A DNA stretch of 57,018 nucleotides from Clostridia bacterium. GTDB taxonomy: Bacteria > Bacillota > Clostridia > Christensenellales > Aristaeellaceae. The first letter of the stretch is position 1, and each line of letters starts with the position of its first letter. The notes below the pieces were generated by a model. It had not been told where the DNA came from, made no database searches, and saw nothing but the letters and a program-made list of their open reading frames with translations. This document shows positions 37,034-46,512 of the stretch, piece by piece. The stretch covers positions 1 to 57,018 of the forward strand of contig JAFUHB010000239.1 of assembly GCA_017469085.1 (NCBI GenBank), written 5' to 3'. Both the position numbers and the translations under genes were made by a program.

Positions 37034-37318
37034 ATGGCTAAAAACAGGAAGACGACCCTGATCGTGGACGGCGATATGTTTACCGGAAAAGAAAGAGCGC
37101 ATCAGCTCCTGCGGGAGGCGCTGCGTTTTCCGGCTTATTACGGGAATAATCTGGACGCGCTGTACGATTGCCTGACGGAAAAGAACGATGTGCGGATCGA
37201 AATCTACCATACCGCGCAGATCAGACGGCAACTCGGTTTTTACGGAAATCAGATGATCCGGGTTTTCAAAGAGGCCGCCGAGGAAGCCAGCGGGCTGACG
37301 GTGCGTTTTTTGGATTAA
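37034..37318 (+). CDS. Barstar-family ribonuclease inhibitor
   Basis: 94 aa. FPAYYGNNLDALYDCLTE matches the barstar helix-2 motif (YYGENLDALWDCLTG). Immediately downstream of the barnase gene. Confidence 0.88.
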   Translation: MAKNRKTTLIVDGDMFTGKERAHQLLREALRFPAYYGNNLDALYDCLTEKNDVRIEIYHTAQIRRQLGFYGNQMIRVFKEAAEEASGLTVRFLD

Positions 37319-37350
37319 TTGTTAGGACATTGAGAGATCAAATCTGATAG

Positions 37351-37379
37351 AAAAAATAATGCGCCAACAAAGCGGCGCA
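37351..37379 (-). terminator. Intrinsic terminator of the acyltransferase operon
   Basis: On the minus strand, a TGCGCC/GGCGCA stem followed by a U6 run (plus-strand A-run 37351-37356). Confidence 0.55.
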
Positions 37380-37389
37380 CATACTCGTA

Positions 37390-38559
37390 TCATGTCTTTT
37401 TGTCACGTCGCGCCCTAAGCATCTGAGCGACGGGGCGTTCAAAGCCGTAGGTCAAAATGGTCGCGATCGCGAGGGTGCCGAAAAAGCAGGCGATCGTATA
37501 AGGCCACTGCCAGGCGGCCTCACCGGCGAACCAGGGCTCTGGGCTGCTACTGGGGATGAGCCCCCATTCCTTGATCCGAACGGAAAAAACCTGGTGCCAG
37601 ATATAATATTGATAAGAAACGGATGCCAGGAATTTCATGGCCCGATTGCCGAGCAGAAAGCGCGTGAACGGCAGGGAAAAACACGCCCCGACCGAGAAAA
37701 CACACCAGCAGGCGGCCAGGAAAAACCGACGGTTCAGCTGCCCCAGCCGGATATTTTCAATCCCGTTTTCAGCGGCCTGCGCGGTGGCAAGCTGAATCAG
37801 CAGCACGGCGCCCAGCAGCATGCAGAGCGTAAAAAACGCCTTTTCCGGCGAACCGAAGGAATCGGCGCGACGATAAAACCGATGGATGATCAGCGCCGCG
37901 GCAAAGCCCCAGGCGTAAACATCCAAAAAAGCGGGGAGCTGATTGATCAGCATGGCGTTATCCTCGACGCCGGCCGCCCAAAGCCGGTACAGGAGGGCGA
38001 CGCCCGTCATGCTCAGCAGGGTGATCAGCGGATGCTTACGCAGCGCCCGGCACAGCAGGGGGAAGATCAGATAAAACTGCATTTCGACCCCCAGCGTCCA
38101 TAATACGCCGTTCAGGGGAGAGAGCATGTAGGAGCGGTAAAACAGATTGTGCGTAAAGGTCAGGTGGGCCAGCATATCCAAAACACCGTCCCACGCGGTG
38201 GTATACCGTCCCTCGGGAATCGCGGTGAACAGCAGGGAAGCGATCAGCGCCAGCACGTAAGAGGGCACGATGCGGATGAGCCTGCGCCGGTAAAAGGCGC
38301 GGACGTCGAGCTGTCCGCCGTTTCGCAAAACGGGCCATAAAAGCAGCAGTCCGCTTAAAAACAGCATGCCGTCCACGGCGAGATAGCCGCTGCGCGGAAT
38401 AAAATCCAGGCTCCACCACTGGCCGGCGACCTGAAAATTGGGGATCAGCCAGCTTTGCTGCCAGATATGATACCAGGAGACGATAAAGATCAAAAGCACC
38501 CGGACGCCGTCCAGGACGTCCAGGTGCTTTTCATCATAGGTTTTGTAAGCGTTCAGCAT
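37390..38559 (-). CDS. Acyltransferase family 3 (membrane O-acyltransferase)
   Basis: About 10 TM helices. N-terminal LDGVRVLLIFIVSWYHIW motif, typical of Acyl_transf_3. Confidence 0.8.
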   Translation of the reverse strand: MLNAYKTYDEKHLDVLDGVRVLLIFIVSWYHIWQQSWLIPNFQVAGQWWSLDFIPRSGYLAVDGMLFLSGLLLLWPVLRNGGQLDVRAFYRRRLIRIVPSYVLALIASLLFTAIPEGRYTTAWDGVLDMLAHLTFTHNLFYRSYMLSPLNGVLWTLGVEMQFYLIFPLLCRALRKHPLITLLSMTGVALLYRLWAAGVEDNAMLINQLPAFLDVYAWGFAAALIIHRFYRRADSFGSPEKAFFTLCMLLGAVLLIQLATAQAAENGIENIRLGQLNRRFFLAACWCVFSVGACFSLPFTRFLLGNRAMKFLASVSYQYYIWHQVFSVRIKEWGLIPSSSPEPWFAGEAAWQWPYTIACFFGTLAIATILTYGFERPVAQMLRARRDKKT

Positions 38560-38565
38560 AAAGCC

Positions 38566-41403
38566 TTACTCTTGCGTATCTTCGGCTGGGGTGACCTTGG
38601 TCAGCCGATAGGTTTTGCCCTTGTTCTCCTTGCTGGTGATGCGAAGGGTCATGGTGCGCTCGTTCAGCGAAACGATCTGATAGGTCGTGGCCCATTCGCC
38701 CTGCGCGGGGCCGATTTTCATGGTATACTGCTTGGCAAAGTAGAACAGGTTGACGCCGTTGACCGTGCATGTGCCGTCCGGATTGAACGTGAAGCTTTCG
38801 TCCTTGGAGCTGGTCCAGCTGCCGAACACCTGATAACTGGCGCGGGACAGCTTTTTCTTTGCCACGTCCTTATAATCGGCGATTTGCGTGTAATATTGGT
38901 AGGCTTCATAGGGCTGGTCCGCGGCGTACAGCTGCTCGGCGTACTGATAGGCGGCCTCCTGATACATTTCCAGCAGGTCCGCGTAGCGCTCTCCGACGTT
39001 TTCCAGCTTGATGTTTTCCACGGCCTTGACCACGGCTGCCCAATCCTTATTTTCATAAGCTTCCTTGGCGGCCTGATAGGAATCGAGGTAGTAGTTGTCG
39101 GAGGCGTTTTCGGCCAGCACCCGGGCGTCCTTGTAATCGCCCAGCGTATCGTAAATCTGCGAGGCCTCGGACAGGTCGCCGCTTTCTGTCTTGGCGGCGG
39201 CGATCTGGTAAGCGGCCTCATTATACAGCTCGGAGGCGTCTTGATAGCCGCGGATCTGCGCCAGCAGCTCGTAGGCCTTTTCGGTTTCGCCGGCAGTCAG
39301 GGCGGCGGTCGCCTGATTATAAATACATTCGTTCAGCGCGTCCTGCACGCCCTGATAATCGGGGATGGCGCGCAGCAGCTGCTCGGCGTCCGCCCAGCGA
39401 TCCTGATCCATGGCGGCGCGGGCCTGGGCAAAAATGGCCTGCTGATAATACTCCCGGCTGTTCAGATAATCGCCGAGGGCCGAAAACGCCTGCGCGGCCT
39501 GTACGGCGTCGCCGCTCTCCAGCTGCGCCAGCGCCTGGCGGTAGCGGGCGGCCTGGATCAGGGAGGCAGCGTCCTGATAATCCTCGATCAGGGTCAGGTA
39601 GGACAGAGCGGCGTCGTTGTCGCCGGCGTTCAGGGCCTCTACGCCCAATTGGTAGGTCAGGTCCTCGATCAGGGCGTTGACATCCCGATAGCCCCGGATG
39701 GTTTGGAATTGGGCAAGCGCCTCGGCGCGCTCGCCGGCCAGCATCAGCGCGACGGCGGGCTGATAGACACATTCCTTCTTCGCGTCCTCGACGCCCTCGT
39801 AATCCTCCGCCTTGGTCAGCAGGGCGAGGGCTTCTTCATAATCCTGATCCGCCATTTTTAGCAGAGCGGCCTGATAATAGGCCTCCTTCATGCGCTCGGC
39901 GGAATCCTCATAGGTGTAGATCTTTTCAAACATCTCGGCCGCTTCCAGGTAATCTCCAGCGGCGAGGGTTTGCAGCGCAGGCTCGTAGAGACAGCGGGTC
40001 GCCAGGCGGTAGGCGTCCATATAATCGTCGGCCCGCAGGAAGTATTCGGCGGCCTCGTCGTAATTGCCCGCGTCGAACAGCAGGTAGCCTTGGTTATAAT
40101 AAGCTTCCTTCAGCTTCAGCTCGCTGTTGCGGTAATCGCCCAGGGACAGGAGCGGGTCGATGGCGTCCAGGGGACGGCCGTCGTCGATGGCGGCCAGCGC
40201 CGGGATGTAGAGGCATTCCTTGGCCTGCGTTTCGGCGTCGTCATAATTGCCCAGGGACAGGAAGTCGGCGCGGGCCGCCTCGTAATCGCCGTTGGCCATG
40301 GCCTTGGCGGCGCGACGGTAAACGGTCAGCTTCTGTTTTTCGGCGGCGTCCTGATAGCCGAGCACTTCGCCGTACAGGGCGTAGGCGGTATCAAATTCTT
40401 CGGCGGCCAAGCGTTTTTCCGCCTGTTTATAGCGGGCCTCCTGCGCCAGGGTCGCGCTGTCCTGATAATCGCCGAGGGCGTCGAAGAGGTCCTGCGCGGC
40501 GCGAAGGGAGGTATAGGTATCCCCGGCCAGCGCGGCCTTTGCTTCGCGGTAGTCGCATTCCTTTACCATTTCGGCGGCATCCTGATAATCGCCCAATTCG
40601 GTGAAGGTTTGCTTGGCGGAGGCGTACTGCGCGTTGTTCAGCTCCCGGGTGGCGGTGGTATAGCGGTACCAGGGGATAAAATAGTAGTAAGCGCCAAACG
40701 CCAGCGCGGCCAGGATCAGCACGGTCAGGATGACTGAGAGCCAGACCCGGCGGCGGCGGCGCTTTTTGCGGGCCTTTTCTTCGTTTTCAGCCTTCAGCTT
40801 GCGCTGCTCCTCCTGCTCCTGCCGGCGCTTTTCTTCCTCTGCGCTCTCGCGCTGGTACAGGATCTTTTCGATCTCCGCTTCATTATAGCGGGTGAAGATA
40901 TCGTGCTTATTGCGCTGGCAGCGTCCGCAAACCTCGTAGCTGGCGGGGTTGGGCCGCCCGCAGACGCAGACCCACACCGCGCCCTGGTCGGACGGGCAGA
41001 CGGAGGCGTCTCTGCCGGCGATCTCCTGCAGGATGGCGAGGCGTTTGGGGTCGGGCGGAGCGGGCAGGGCGTAATCCGTCATCTGCGACATGCCCCGCCG
41101 CCAGACGGTGCCGTCCTCATACCAGACCTTTTCGATGATCAGCTCCATGTCGGCGGCGTCAACGCCCTCCTCGATTTTGACCGACACCTCGAAGGCGCAG
41201 CGGGTCGGCGCCTCCAGCCCCTGAACGCGCTCCACATGACGGGCGGTCTGATCGCCGTCCGCGTCGTAGCACAAATAACAGGCCTGGATGCTGGTGACCG
41301 TCTTTTCAGACAGGTTGTACAGCTGCACCGAGCAAACGGGGAAGTCCGCCGTGGGCATTTTGAAGTGCCAAAGCTCGACGGGGCAGGTCAGGTCGATTCT
41401 CAT
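38566..41403 (-). CDS. Large single-pass membrane protein: cytoplasmic beta-domain plus zinc ribbon, about 15 extracytoplasmic GDYxDA helical repeats, and a C-terminal lipocalin-like domain
   Basis: CVCGRPN...CGRCQ zinc ribbon, a K/R/E-rich segment, and TM helix VWLSVILTVLILAALAFGAYYYF. This is followed by about 36-aa repeats (LGDYQDA, LGNYDDA, IEDYQDA ...) and a C-terminal WTSSKDESFTFNPDGTCTVNG module. Confidence 0.65.
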   Translation of the reverse strand: MRIDLTCPVELWHFKMPTADFPVCSVQLYNLSEKTVTSIQACYLCYDADGDQTARHVERVQGLEAPTRCAFEVSVKIEEGVDAADMELIIEKVWYEDGTVWRRGMSQMTDYALPAPPDPKRLAILQEIAGRDASVCPSDQGAVWVCVCGRPNPASYEVCGRCQRNKHDIFTRYNEAEIEKILYQRESAEEEKRRQEQEEQRKLKAENEEKARKKRRRRRVWLSVILTVLILAALAFGAYYYFIPWYRYTTATRELNNAQYASAKQTFTELGDYQDAAEMVKECDYREAKAALAGDTYTSLRAAQDLFDALGDYQDSATLAQEARYKQAEKRLAAEEFDTAYALYGEVLGYQDAAEKQKLTVYRRAAKAMANGDYEAARADFLSLGNYDDAETQAKECLYIPALAAIDDGRPLDAIDPLLSLGDYRNSELKLKEAYYNQGYLLFDAGNYDEAAEYFLRADDYMDAYRLATRCLYEPALQTLAAGDYLEAAEMFEKIYTYEDSAERMKEAYYQAALLKMADQDYEEALALLTKAEDYEGVEDAKKECVYQPAVALMLAGERAEALAQFQTIRGYRDVNALIEDLTYQLGVEALNAGDNDAALSYLTLIEDYQDAASLIQAARYRQALAQLESGDAVQAAQAFSALGDYLNSREYYQQAIFAQARAAMDQDRWADAEQLLRAIPDYQGVQDALNECIYNQATAALTAGETEKAYELLAQIRGYQDASELYNEAAYQIAAAKTESGDLSEASQIYDTLGDYKDARVLAENASDNYYLDSYQAAKEAYENKDWAAVVKAVENIKLENVGERYADLLEMYQEAAYQYAEQLYAADQPYEAYQYYTQIADYKDVAKKKLSRASYQVFGSWTSSKDESFTFNPDGTCTVNGVNLFYFAKQYTMKIGPAQGEWATTYQIVSLNERTMTLRITSKENKGKTYRLTKVTPAEDTQE

Positions 41404-41443
41404 AAGGGATCACGCCTCCGGAAACAGGATGGATTGCGAAAGT

Positions 41444-42610
41444 TTACAGCATTTGAACGGTGATGCTCTGAAGAAGGCCGCCTTCGATATACAGCAGCAG
41501 CATGGCGCTGTGGCCGTCCTCGTCGGCGCAGTAATAGCGGATCTCCGAGGTGCCGGAGATAAAGGTCTCCATCGTGGCGTAGCTCGCGTCGTTTTCCGCG
41601 CCGTACAGCACCACGGGGCTGGCATCCGGATCGGTCGCCGCGTACAGGAAACGGTTGAGCACATTATCCACGGTATCGCCGACGCGCAGATGGCGCGGGC
41701 CCTCGAGGGTGTCCTCATCCATGTAAAGGCTGTCGATCTGCAGCGGGTTACGGTCCTTGTCATGAATGAAGGTCAGCGTGGCGGCGTTCCATTCCATCAC
41801 ATGCAGCCAGGTGTCGCCGTCCTCCAGCCAATCCTCGGCGTATTCGTCGCCCAACACGCTGACGGCGCTTTCCGGCGTCAGACGGAAAAAGTCCAGCCCG
41901 GAAAAGATCAGGTCGTCCGCGCCAAAGGGCTCGGCCTCGCCGTTCATCAGGGAGCTCATGTAAGCGGAGTAGCTTTTGTCCGCAAAAAGCTCGGCGTACT
42001 CGCTTAATTCGCGCCGGGCCTCGGCCAGGGACAGCACCTCGCCCGAAAAATCGGTGTAGGAAGAAGCGATCATCCCAAAGTCGAGCGTATAGGTGACCTC
42101 GGTCACATGGACGCCGTCGGTGGCGGTGTCGTAGCACTTGTGCACGATATACTGGGCGTCCTGCCCGTCCCGGGCGACATAGCCTACGGCGGCCTGACCG
42201 GGCAGATCGCCCGTGATATACAGGACGGCCTCCTCCCGGGTGCCGGACAGGGTGGGATTCTCATTTGGCCACGCGGCCAGCAGATCCTCGATCAGGTCGC
42301 CGGGCCGGAGCCCCCGGATGTCGGCCGGGGTATTGTCCTGGTCGGGCAGCTCGTTGAAGCTGACGGCGTAGATCGTGGTATTGGCGCCCAGCGTCCGCGT
42401 GTTGGCGGCCAGGGTATAATAGCCGAAATGCAGCAGGAACATGCCCGTTTCTTCCGTCACGGTATAGGCATTGTCCTTCAGGGAATCCTTCAGGAGGGTG
42501 CTCCGCCAGGCGTTGATTTCCTCGCGGCTCAGCGCGGAAGTATCTCCCAGGGCGGGCAGGGCGGCAAGCGCGAGGCAAAGGATCAGGATAAGAGACAGCA
42601 GCTTTTTCAT
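41444..42610 (-). CDS. Secreted hypothetical protein (internally duplicated domain)
   Basis: Signal peptide MKKLLSLILILCLALAALPALG, 388 aa. Two related segments (IRGLRPGDLIEDLL / HLRVGDTVDNVLN). No family recognised. Confidence 0.55.
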   Translation of the reverse strand: MKKLLSLILILCLALAALPALGDTSALSREEINAWRSTLLKDSLKDNAYTVTEETGMFLLHFGYYTLAANTRTLGANTTIYAVSFNELPDQDNTPADIRGLRPGDLIEDLLAAWPNENPTLSGTREEAVLYITGDLPGQAAVGYVARDGQDAQYIVHKCYDTATDGVHVTEVTYTLDFGMIASSYTDFSGEVLSLAEARRELSEYAELFADKSYSAYMSSLMNGEAEPFGADDLIFSGLDFFRLTPESAVSVLGDEYAEDWLEDGDTWLHVMEWNAATLTFIHDKDRNPLQIDSLYMDEDTLEGPRHLRVGDTVDNVLNRFLYAATDPDASPVVLYGAENDASYATMETFISGTSEIRYYCADEDGHSAMLLLYIEGGLLQSITVQML

Positions 42611-42641
42611 GATAACACCCCTTTCATGCAGGAAGATCGGA

Positions 42642-43976
42642 TCACAAATCGGACGAAAGCGTTTCCATGCCGTCCTGTGTGATGACGGCGTGGATCAGCG
42701 CGGGCTTTTGAACGGGCGCGTCGCTCAGAACGACGGCCTTGCGGATCGCCTCCGCGGCCGCTGCCAGAGAGGCCTCGTCGCGGGCGTGCAGGGTCGCGAT
42801 CGGATCGCCGGGGCGCACCCGGCCCCCCAGCCGCGCCCTCATCACAAAGCCGACGGCGGGATCGATGACGTCCTCCTTGGTTTTGCGGCCCGCGCCCATG
42901 CCCTGGGCGGCCAGGCCCAGCGCGGCGGTATCCATTTCGGCGACATAACCGGCGCTCTCAAACGCGACGTCGCGGACGAGGGGAGCCTGGGGCAGGAGCC
43001 CCGGATCATCGCAGACCCGCGGGTCGCCGCCCTGAGCGGCGATCATTTCACGCAGCTTCTGCAGGCCGGCTCCATTTTGAAGGACCTTTTCCAGACTCGC
43101 CTTCGCCGCCTCAAAGGACGTCGAGACGCCGCTGGCGCGCAGCATCTGCGCCCCTAAGAACAGGGAAACCTCCTTGAGGTCGCCGCCCGCGCGGCCGGCC
43201 AGGATGTCGATGGCCTCCTTGACCTCGAGCGCGTTGCCTACGTGGGTGCCGAGCGGCTCCGCCATGGAGGACAGCACGGCGATCACCTGGCGGCCGGCGT
43301 GGGTGCCGATATCCACCATCGCCTGGGCCAGCTCGACGCTCTTTGCCAGGCTGTCCATGATCGCGCCGGAGCCAAACTTGACGTCCAGCACGATGGCGCG
43401 GGCGCCGGAGGCGAATTTTTTACTGAGGATGCTGGACGCGATCAGCGGGATGGAATCCACCGTAGAGGTGACGTCCCGCAGGGCGTACAGCCGCTTGTCC
43501 GCCGGGGCGAGCTCGGCGCTCTGGCCGACCACGGCGCAGCCGATGCGGCGGACGATGGCAACGAATTCCTCCTCGGGCAGGCTGACGCGCATCCCGGGGA
43601 TGGATTCCATTTTATCAACGGTGCCGCCGGTATGCCCAAGGCCACGACCGCTCATTTTAAGCACCTTGCCGCCGGCTGCCGCGACCAGGGGGGCAAGCAC
43701 CAAGGTGGTGGTATCCCCGACGCCGCCGGTCGAATGCTTGTCCACGGGAACGCCGCCCACGTCCGGCTCCAGCAGATCGCCGGAGCGGGCCATGGCCATG
43801 GTCAAGTCCGCAGTCTCCCGCGCGTCCATGCCGTTCAGACGAATGGCCATCAGCAGCGCCGCCAGCTGATAATCGGGCGCCGAGCCCTGGGCCGCCGCTT
43901 CGGCAAAGAATTCGATTTCCTCCCGGGTCAGCGTCTGGCCCAGCTTCTTTTTGGTGATGATCGAAAGCAGATCCAT
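42642..43976 (-). CDS. pdp: Pyrimidine-nucleoside (thymidine) phosphorylase
   Basis: DKHSTGGVGDTTTLVLAPLVAAAGG, ALRDVTSTVDSIPLIASSILSKK; 444 aa. Confidence 0.9.
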   Translation of the reverse strand: MDLLSIITKKKLGQTLTREEIEFFAEAAAQGSAPDYQLAALLMAIRLNGMDARETADLTMAMARSGDLLEPDVGGVPVDKHSTGGVGDTTTLVLAPLVAAAGGKVLKMSGRGLGHTGGTVDKMESIPGMRVSLPEEEFVAIVRRIGCAVVGQSAELAPADKRLYALRDVTSTVDSIPLIASSILSKKFASGARAIVLDVKFGSGAIMDSLAKSVELAQAMVDIGTHAGRQVIAVLSSMAEPLGTHVGNALEVKEAIDILAGRAGGDLKEVSLFLGAQMLRASGVSTSFEAAKASLEKVLQNGAGLQKLREMIAAQGGDPRVCDDPGLLPQAPLVRDVAFESAGYVAEMDTAALGLAAQGMGAGRKTKEDVIDPAVGFVMRARLGGRVRPGDPIATLHARDEASLAAAAEAIRKAVVLSDAPVQKPALIHAVITQDGMETLSSDL

Positions 43977-44234
43977 TTCCTCTTAACCTTTCCGCCTTTT
44001 CATGCTTCCTCAGTATAACATAACTCGCCCGATTCGTAAATCGTTTTATCAGCGTGACCCGGTGGATCGATTGTAAAAAGCAGAAGAAAAAAGCTGAGCG
44101 AAGGGAGGAAGGCCGCGGAGACCTGCCTCCGCGCTGTATCATGGTTTGGATGAGGGGCTCCAGGCAGGAATTTTACAAACGAGTGTCGAACCTTTCATAG
44201 TTAGCAAATCAAGGACGGAAAAGCGGAGGACGGC

Positions 44235-45176
44235 ATGAACCTGACCCAGATGAAATACGCGATGGAGGTGGCCCGCACCGGGTCGATCACATCGGCGGCA
44301 CAGGCGCTGTATATGGGGCAGCCGGCGTTGTCCCGCGCGATCAAGGAGCTGGAGGACGATATCGGGATCAAGCTGTTCAAGCGCTCGCAGAAGGGCATCG
44401 TGCCCACCAGCGAGGGAGAACAGTTCCTGGCTTATGCCGCCAGCATCCTGGATCAGGTGGCGCGCATGGAAAGCCTGTACAAAAAGGAAGAAAACAACGA
44501 GCGCCAGGTGTTCAGCGTGTCCGTGCCGCGGGCCAGCTATGTAGCGCAGGCCTTTCGGAGGCTGGTTGCCTCGCTGGACGGCGAGCGGGAAATGGACATC
44601 AATTATAAGGAAACCAACGCCTTCCGCGCGATCAACAATATTGTACAGAATAATTTCCGGATGGCCATCATTCGGTATCAGACGATCTTTGAGCCGTATT
44701 TCGTCAATCTCCTCAAGGAAAAGGACATGTATATGGAGGAGATCTGGACCTTTGAATATGCGGCGCTCATGAGCCGGCGCCATCCCCTGGCGGAAAAAAA
44801 GCCGCTCACGCTGGACGACCTGGCGCCCTATACGCGCGTGATGCACGGCGATCCTTACGTGCCCAGCCTTCCGGTCAGCGAGGTCAAGTCTCACGACCAG
44901 CAGGCCAAGGTCATGAAGCGCATTTACATTTACGAGCGCGCCAGTCAGTTTGAATTGCTCAGCGAGGGCCCGGAGGCGTACATGTGGGTGTCTCCGGTGC
45001 CTCAGCAGGCGCTGGACCGTTACCATCTGTTCCAGCGGCGCTGCGTGGACGCCGACCGCCCTCACCGGGATGTGCTGGTGTATCGCAAGGGCTACCGCCT
45101 GACGGATATCGACTGGCGATTCATCGAGGAATTGCACAGGGCCCGGGATGAGGTGGCCTCGCTGCCGGTGGAGTGA
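44235..45176 (+). CDS. LysR-family transcriptional regulator
   Basis: N-terminal wHTH MNLTQMKYAMEVARTGSITSAAQALYMGQPALSRAIKELE plus a LysR substrate-binding domain. GGAGGA SD. Confidence 0.88.
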   Translation: MNLTQMKYAMEVARTGSITSAAQALYMGQPALSRAIKELEDDIGIKLFKRSQKGIVPTSEGEQFLAYAASILDQVARMESLYKKEENNERQVFSVSVPRASYVAQAFRRLVASLDGEREMDINYKETNAFRAINNIVQNNFRMAIIRYQTIFEPYFVNLLKEKDMYMEEIWTFEYAALMSRRHPLAEKKPLTLDDLAPYTRVMHGDPYVPSLPVSEVKSHDQQAKVMKRIYIYERASQFELLSEGPEAYMWVSPVPQQALDRYHLFQRRCVDADRPHRDVLVYRKGYRLTDIDWRFIEELHRARDEVASLPVE

Positions 45177-45183
45177 AGGATAG

Positions 45184-46512
45184 ATGAAAAGGCATCGTAT
45201 TGCGTGGATCCTGGCGGCGTTATGGACGCTGTGGGCGCTTCCTGCGTGGGCGGCTCCCGCAGTGACGGACGCGGTATTTGAGCAGGCTGAAACGGGGATC
45301 CGCTATTCCTTTCGGGCGGAGAGTTGGCCTTATGTCTGCCTTTCCTATAAGACGGCGGATGAATCCGGCCTGGTCACGCTCGTCGGGCGGGACGGCGCTT
45401 TTGAAGGGACGCTGCTCCTTCATTACCTGCGCGCGGCGAAGAAGGCGGATATCCGCCTGCTGACGCCTTCACAGAAGGAGCTGTATCGGGCGACGGTTTC
45501 CCTGACCCCGCCGGATTCGCGGGAGCCTGCCAGGGCCGAGGCCGGAGCGGTCAAAAAAATCCGCGACATCACGCTGACGCCGGGGGACAGGGCGCTCGGC
45601 TTTTCCTTTACGGCGGCGGGGCATCACGCCCTTTTCCTGCGCGTCACCTCAGTCATGCAGCGCGCGGAGGCCCTTGTTTACGAGGCGGAGGACGGGGTAT
45701 TCCAAGGGACGCTGCCGCTGTTCGCGGTCAACGCGCGGGACAGGGTCCAGGTGAGAATCTGCACGCTCAAGGGCATGGAATTGGGCCAGGCGTGGGAGAG
45801 GACGCTGTTTGCGGCCCCGGACATCGGAGAGCAGGCGGCGGAGGGTCCTTTAAGCGGGGTTAAGGTGTGCATCGATCCGGGACATCAGGCCCTTCCGGTG
45901 GGCGTGGGACGGGTGCCGCTTTATCCGGGCTCCGATGAAACGGTGCTGAGTGGCTCCAACGGCATGGCGCAGGGCGTCAAAACCCTGCGCAAGGAATCCG
46001 TCGCGGTGCTGGAGATCTCCTACCGGCTGTGCCGCCGGCTGCGGGAGGCGGGCGCAGAGGTCGTGATGACCCGCTGGCAGGAGGAGGTATCCTTAAACAA
46101 CCTGGAGCGCGCGGAATACGCCAATCAGGAGGAGGCCGATTATTTCCTGCGCATCCACCTGAACGCCTCCTCGGAGGGCACCAACAACGCGGTCTATGTG
46201 TACGGGCCTTCTCACTCGCCCTATGCGCTGGCCTTGATGCCCCATGAGGAATATACGCGCCGGGCTCAGCTGTTGCTGGACGCTATCAAGGCCTCGACGG
46301 GCGTGGCGGGCGGCATCGTGCGCATGAACGACCAATTCATCGGCAATAATTACGCGAAAATGCCCGCCTTCCTGATCGAAGCGGGTTTCCTGACGACGGT
46401 GGCGAACGATGTGATCCTGACGACCGCCGATTATCAGGATAAGATTGCCCGCGGCATTACCAACGGGCTGATCGATATCGAACTTCACAAAGGGGAGACA
46501 GAGGGGATATGA
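45184..46512 (+). CDS. Secreted N-acetylmuramoyl-L-alanine amidase (Amidase_3) with a duplicated N-terminal domain of unknown function
   Basis: Signal peptide. Two related modules of about 100 aa. C-terminal Amidase_3 motifs CIDPGHQ, ADYFLRIHLNAS, MPAFLIEAGFLT. Confidence 0.8.
   Translation: MKRHRIAWILAALWTLWALPAWAAPAVTDAVFEQAETGIRYSFRAESWPYVCLSYKTADESGLVTLVGRDGAFEGTLLLHYLRAAKKADIRLLTPSQKELYRATVSLTPPDSREPARAEAGAVKKIRDITLTPGDRALGFSFTAAGHHALFLRVTSVMQRAEALVYEAEDGVFQGTLPLFAVNARDRVQVRICTLKGMELGQAWERTLFAAPDIGEQAAEGPLSGVKVCIDPGHQALPVGVGRVPLYPGSDETVLSGSNGMAQGVKTLRKESVAVLEISYRLCRRLREAGAEVVMTRWQEEVSLNNLERAEYANQEEADYFLRIHLNASSEGTNNAVYVYGPSHSPYALALMPHEEYTRRAQLLLDAIKASTGVAGGIVRMNDQFIGNNYAKMPAFLIEAGFLTTVANDVILTTADYQDKIARGITNGLIDIELHKGETEGI

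Noticed and set aside
38455-39861. 468-aa plus-strand ORF inside the repeat-protein gene. The same pattern holds for 4683-6077, 11077-12186, 15296-16537, 18578-19870, 35222-36259, 44139-45137 and 46485-47792.
   Set aside because: All are antisense to confidently assigned genes. They lack SD sequences and family motifs and have G/L/R/A/Q/H/D- or A/R/G/P-biased compositions.
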